This document shows positions 36,634 through 38,707 of a DNA stretch of 38,707 nt, one piece after another. The notes under the pieces were generated by a model. The model did not search any database, was not told where the DNA came from, and worked only from the letters and a program-made list of their open reading frames with translations. This DNA comes from a virus (taxonomy: Duplodnaviria; Caudoviricetes). The stretch spans positions 1 through 38,707 of IMG/VR virus record IMGVR_UViG_3300010370_000087, one strand, 5' to 3'. The position numbers and the translations under genes are program-made. How positions within the stretch are numbered: the stretch's first letter is position 1; every line of letters starts with the position of its first letter.

Positions 36634-38439
36634 ATGTCAGGAAATTACGTTTTAAAGTTTTCAGATCCTTTTAAAACTTCTAATATTACTGTTCCTAGTA
36701 AGGCTACGGGATCCGGTCTTAATAATTACGACACAAGTTTAGATTTACCAGGTGCTGGAAATGAAAACTATGGTAGTCATATCAGCCAAAATTTCCTAAA
36801 ATTACTTGAACATTTTTCCAGTCCGTACCCTCCTGAGAATGCTATAGAGGGTCAATTATGGTATGATACAAGTAATCCAAATCAAAAAGTTTTAAGAGTT
36901 AATAACGGCACAGATACTAGTAGTAGATGGAGTGCAGCAAGCGGTGTTTACCAACAGTCTAATGATCCGTATGTTCAATTTTTAGATACTGTAAGAGAAG
37001 GAGATATTTGGGTCGACACTCAAAACGGTCAACTTAAAATTAGAACCGGGGCAGAATGGAGACTAGTTGGTCCTGTGATTGGTTCTGATGTTGATAAAAC
37101 TGGAACAGAGTTTGAATTTGTAGAAAGTAATACAGGACAGACATACCCTGTAATTAAGAATTGGGCAAATGGCAATATTGTAGAAATTATAAGTTATAAT
37201 AGTTTTGTGCCCAAAAAAGTAATTCCCGGATTTACCAGTATTCAGACAGGTACAAATTTAACAACCAAAGTTGCAGCAAGATACAACGGTATATCTGAAA
37301 AGGCACAGGGACTTGTAGTAAACAATATTACAGTTTTAAAGGCGTCCGAGATATTAAGAAACCGACCAAGTACTATACAGATTCATACAGGAACGCTGTA
37401 TGTAGATAGTAGTTCTGGTTTCAAGGTAAGAAACGTCAATTTTAATCAAAATATTGAATTTTATAGTGGACAAACCGGTGGATTTATCAATTTTACCGAT
37501 GAAGAAAGACTGTTAACTGTAGGTATAAACGATAAGTCATATTTAAAATTTAATCCTAATGGATTAAATGTAGGAATTAACACCACAACAAATGTGGGAG
37601 ATCCTACCTTAGATGTATTCGGTACTGGAAGATTTACTGGTTTATTGACAATCACAGAACCTAATATATCTTTACAAGTAACCGGTAAGAGCAATTTTGG
37701 AAATAATGTTAGTGTTACTGGAAATTTATCAATTTCAGGTTTAACCACATCTACTGGTAAATTAACAATTGGATCTACATCAAGCAACGGAATAATTTTA
37801 CAGCCTGGTAAGCATGATGTTTATGATATAGGTAGCACGTCAACAAGATTTAGACATATACATGCCGGATCTTTTGGTTATTCTTTAGGGGTAGGAAATA
37901 CCGGTACTGCCACTACAGTATTTTATGGTAGATTAGAAGGTACAGCAACACGACTGCAAAATGCCAGACAATTTAGAATAACAGGACATGTAACAAGCAC
38001 AGCAGTTACCTTCAATGGTGGAGCGAATGTGGTATTCACAACTACCTTACACAGGAGTATGATAACTGCTACCATTAGTACATCTTCTGCTACACTAAAT
38101 CATTCTATGGTAGTGTTGAACACAGGTACAAGTACGAGTGATTTAGAAGTTGTTTCTAAATCAGATTTTCTTAAAGATGTTGAGTTTCCTACTATACCTG
38201 GACTAGTTCCTGCAGGCACGGTTACTGCCTTTGGTACAAATACCAATATTCCCGCAGGTTGGCTGTTATGTGCTAATTCTACCAATTCTCCTACACCACC
38301 TACGAGTACTAACTATCCAAAATTGTATAGTGTGATTGGTACTACTTTTGGTTCATCAGGTCCTGGTACGTTTTTTGTACCTGAAATAACACCGGCAGTG
38401 GTATTAAATGGATCTGTCCACTGGATAATAAAGACCTAA
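36634..38439 (+). CDS. Tail fibre protein with C-terminal phage tail collar domain
   Basis: N-terminal NYG...QNFLKLLEHFS...P..AIEGQLWYD; TATRLQNARQFRITG..V.FNG fibre motif; collar PAGTVTAF...PAGWLLC...YPKLYSVIGTTFG...TFFVP. Confidence 0.82.
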   Translation: MSGNYVLKFSDPFKTSNITVPSKATGSGLNNYDTSLDLPGAGNENYGSHISQNFLKLLEHFSSPYPPENAIEGQLWYDTSNPNQKVLRVNNGTDTSSRWSAASGVYQQSNDPYVQFLDTVREGDIWVDTQNGQLKIRTGAEWRLVGPVIGSDVDKTGTEFEFVESNTGQTYPVIKNWANGNIVEIISYNSFVPKKVIPGFTSIQTGTNLTTKVAARYNGISEKAQGLVVNNITVLKASEILRNRPSTIQIHTGTLYVDSSSGFKVRNVNFNQNIEFYSGQTGGFINFTDEERLLTVGINDKSYLKFNPNGLNVGINTTTNVGDPTLDVFGTGRFTGLLTITEPNISLQVTGKSNFGNNVSVTGNLSISGLTTSTGKLTIGSTSSNGIILQPGKHDVYDIGSTSTRFRHIHAGSFGYSLGVGNTGTATTVFYGRLEGTATRLQNARQFRITGHVTSTAVTFNGGANVVFTTTLHRSMITATISTSSATLNHSMVVLNTGTSTSDLEVVSKSDFLKDVEFPTIPGLVPAGTVTAFGTNTNIPAGWLLCANSTNSPTPPTSTNYPKLYSVIGTTFGSSGPGTFFVPEITPAVVLNGSVHWIIKT

Positions 38440-38443
38440 ACTT

Positions 38444-38707
38444 ATGTCATATACTGTATATAATAATAATGGAACTGTTCTTGTAAGTTTACCTACTGGT
38501 ACCATTGATGATGTTACAACAAGCATAACTTTTATAGGTAAAAATGTTAATAATTATGGTGAAATTTACAACAATAATCTAGTAAAGATGTTGAGTAATT
38601 TTGCCAATGAAAATACTTCTCCTCCTAATAGTCCATTACAAGGTCAACTTTACTACAATAGTACAGAAAAAAGATTGTTAGTATTTGATGGAGAAAAGTT
38701 TAAACCC
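38444..38707 (+). CDS. Tail fibre / baseplate protein paralogous to 36634-38439, partial (runs off the window)
   Basis: My translation: MSYTVYNNNGTVLVSLPTGTIDDVTTSITFIGKNVNNYGEIYNNNLVKMLSNFANENTSPPNSPLQGQLYYNSTEKRLLVFDGEKFKP; same NYG..N...L..F...P...GQL.Y motif. Confidence 0.85.
   Translation, partial: MSYTVYNNNGTVLVSLPTGTIDDVTTSITFIGKNVNNYGEIYNNNLVKMLSNFANENTSPPNSPLQGQLYYNSTEKRLLVFDGEKFKP

Noticed and set aside
1801-38285. Short opposite-strand or nested ORFs in the track (e.g. 1801-2085, 2093-2314, 3252-3455, 4354-4787, 8944-9189, 9379-9945, 28360-28731, 33712-33918, 37461-37787)
   Set aside because: All lie within well-supported long genes and show no motifs; they are shadow ORFs.
1-38707. 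Stop-codon reassignment (no called gene ends in TAG)
   Set aside because: Genes up to 12.5 kb are intact under the standard code with near-complete coding density, so there is no sign of recoding.

Overview
AT-rich fragment of a large (jumbo) T4-like myovirus genome, with gene content of the kind seen in Rak2/GAP32-type and freshwater jumbo phages. Left arm (1-6104, minus strand) is driven by host sigma70-type promoters: gp55 late sigma factor, gp47/gp46 (Mre11/Rad50-like), an Hc1 histone-H1-like protein with a possible paralogue, a SAM methyltransferase and a stand-alone Seg-type GIY-YIG nuclease. Immediately after the nuclease stop codon lies a ~410-nt ORF-free, GC-enriched, almost fully base-paired region that looks like a large structured ncRNA, then a late-promoter-driven ORF running off the window edge. 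Right arm (6221-38707, plus strand) is a late baseplate/tail operon with TAAATA promoters: tube-initiator-like protein, gp53, hub, gp5 with a GH19 lysozyme, gp25, gp6, a 4180-aa wedge/adhesin protein, further fibre proteins and a subtilisin-type protease. The best candidate for an undescribed system is the GIY-YIG nuclease plus the adjacent RNA, which carries a duplicated GUGUGAC-N10-AGAUGAU module. All protein calls come from motif recognition by eye; no database search was run.
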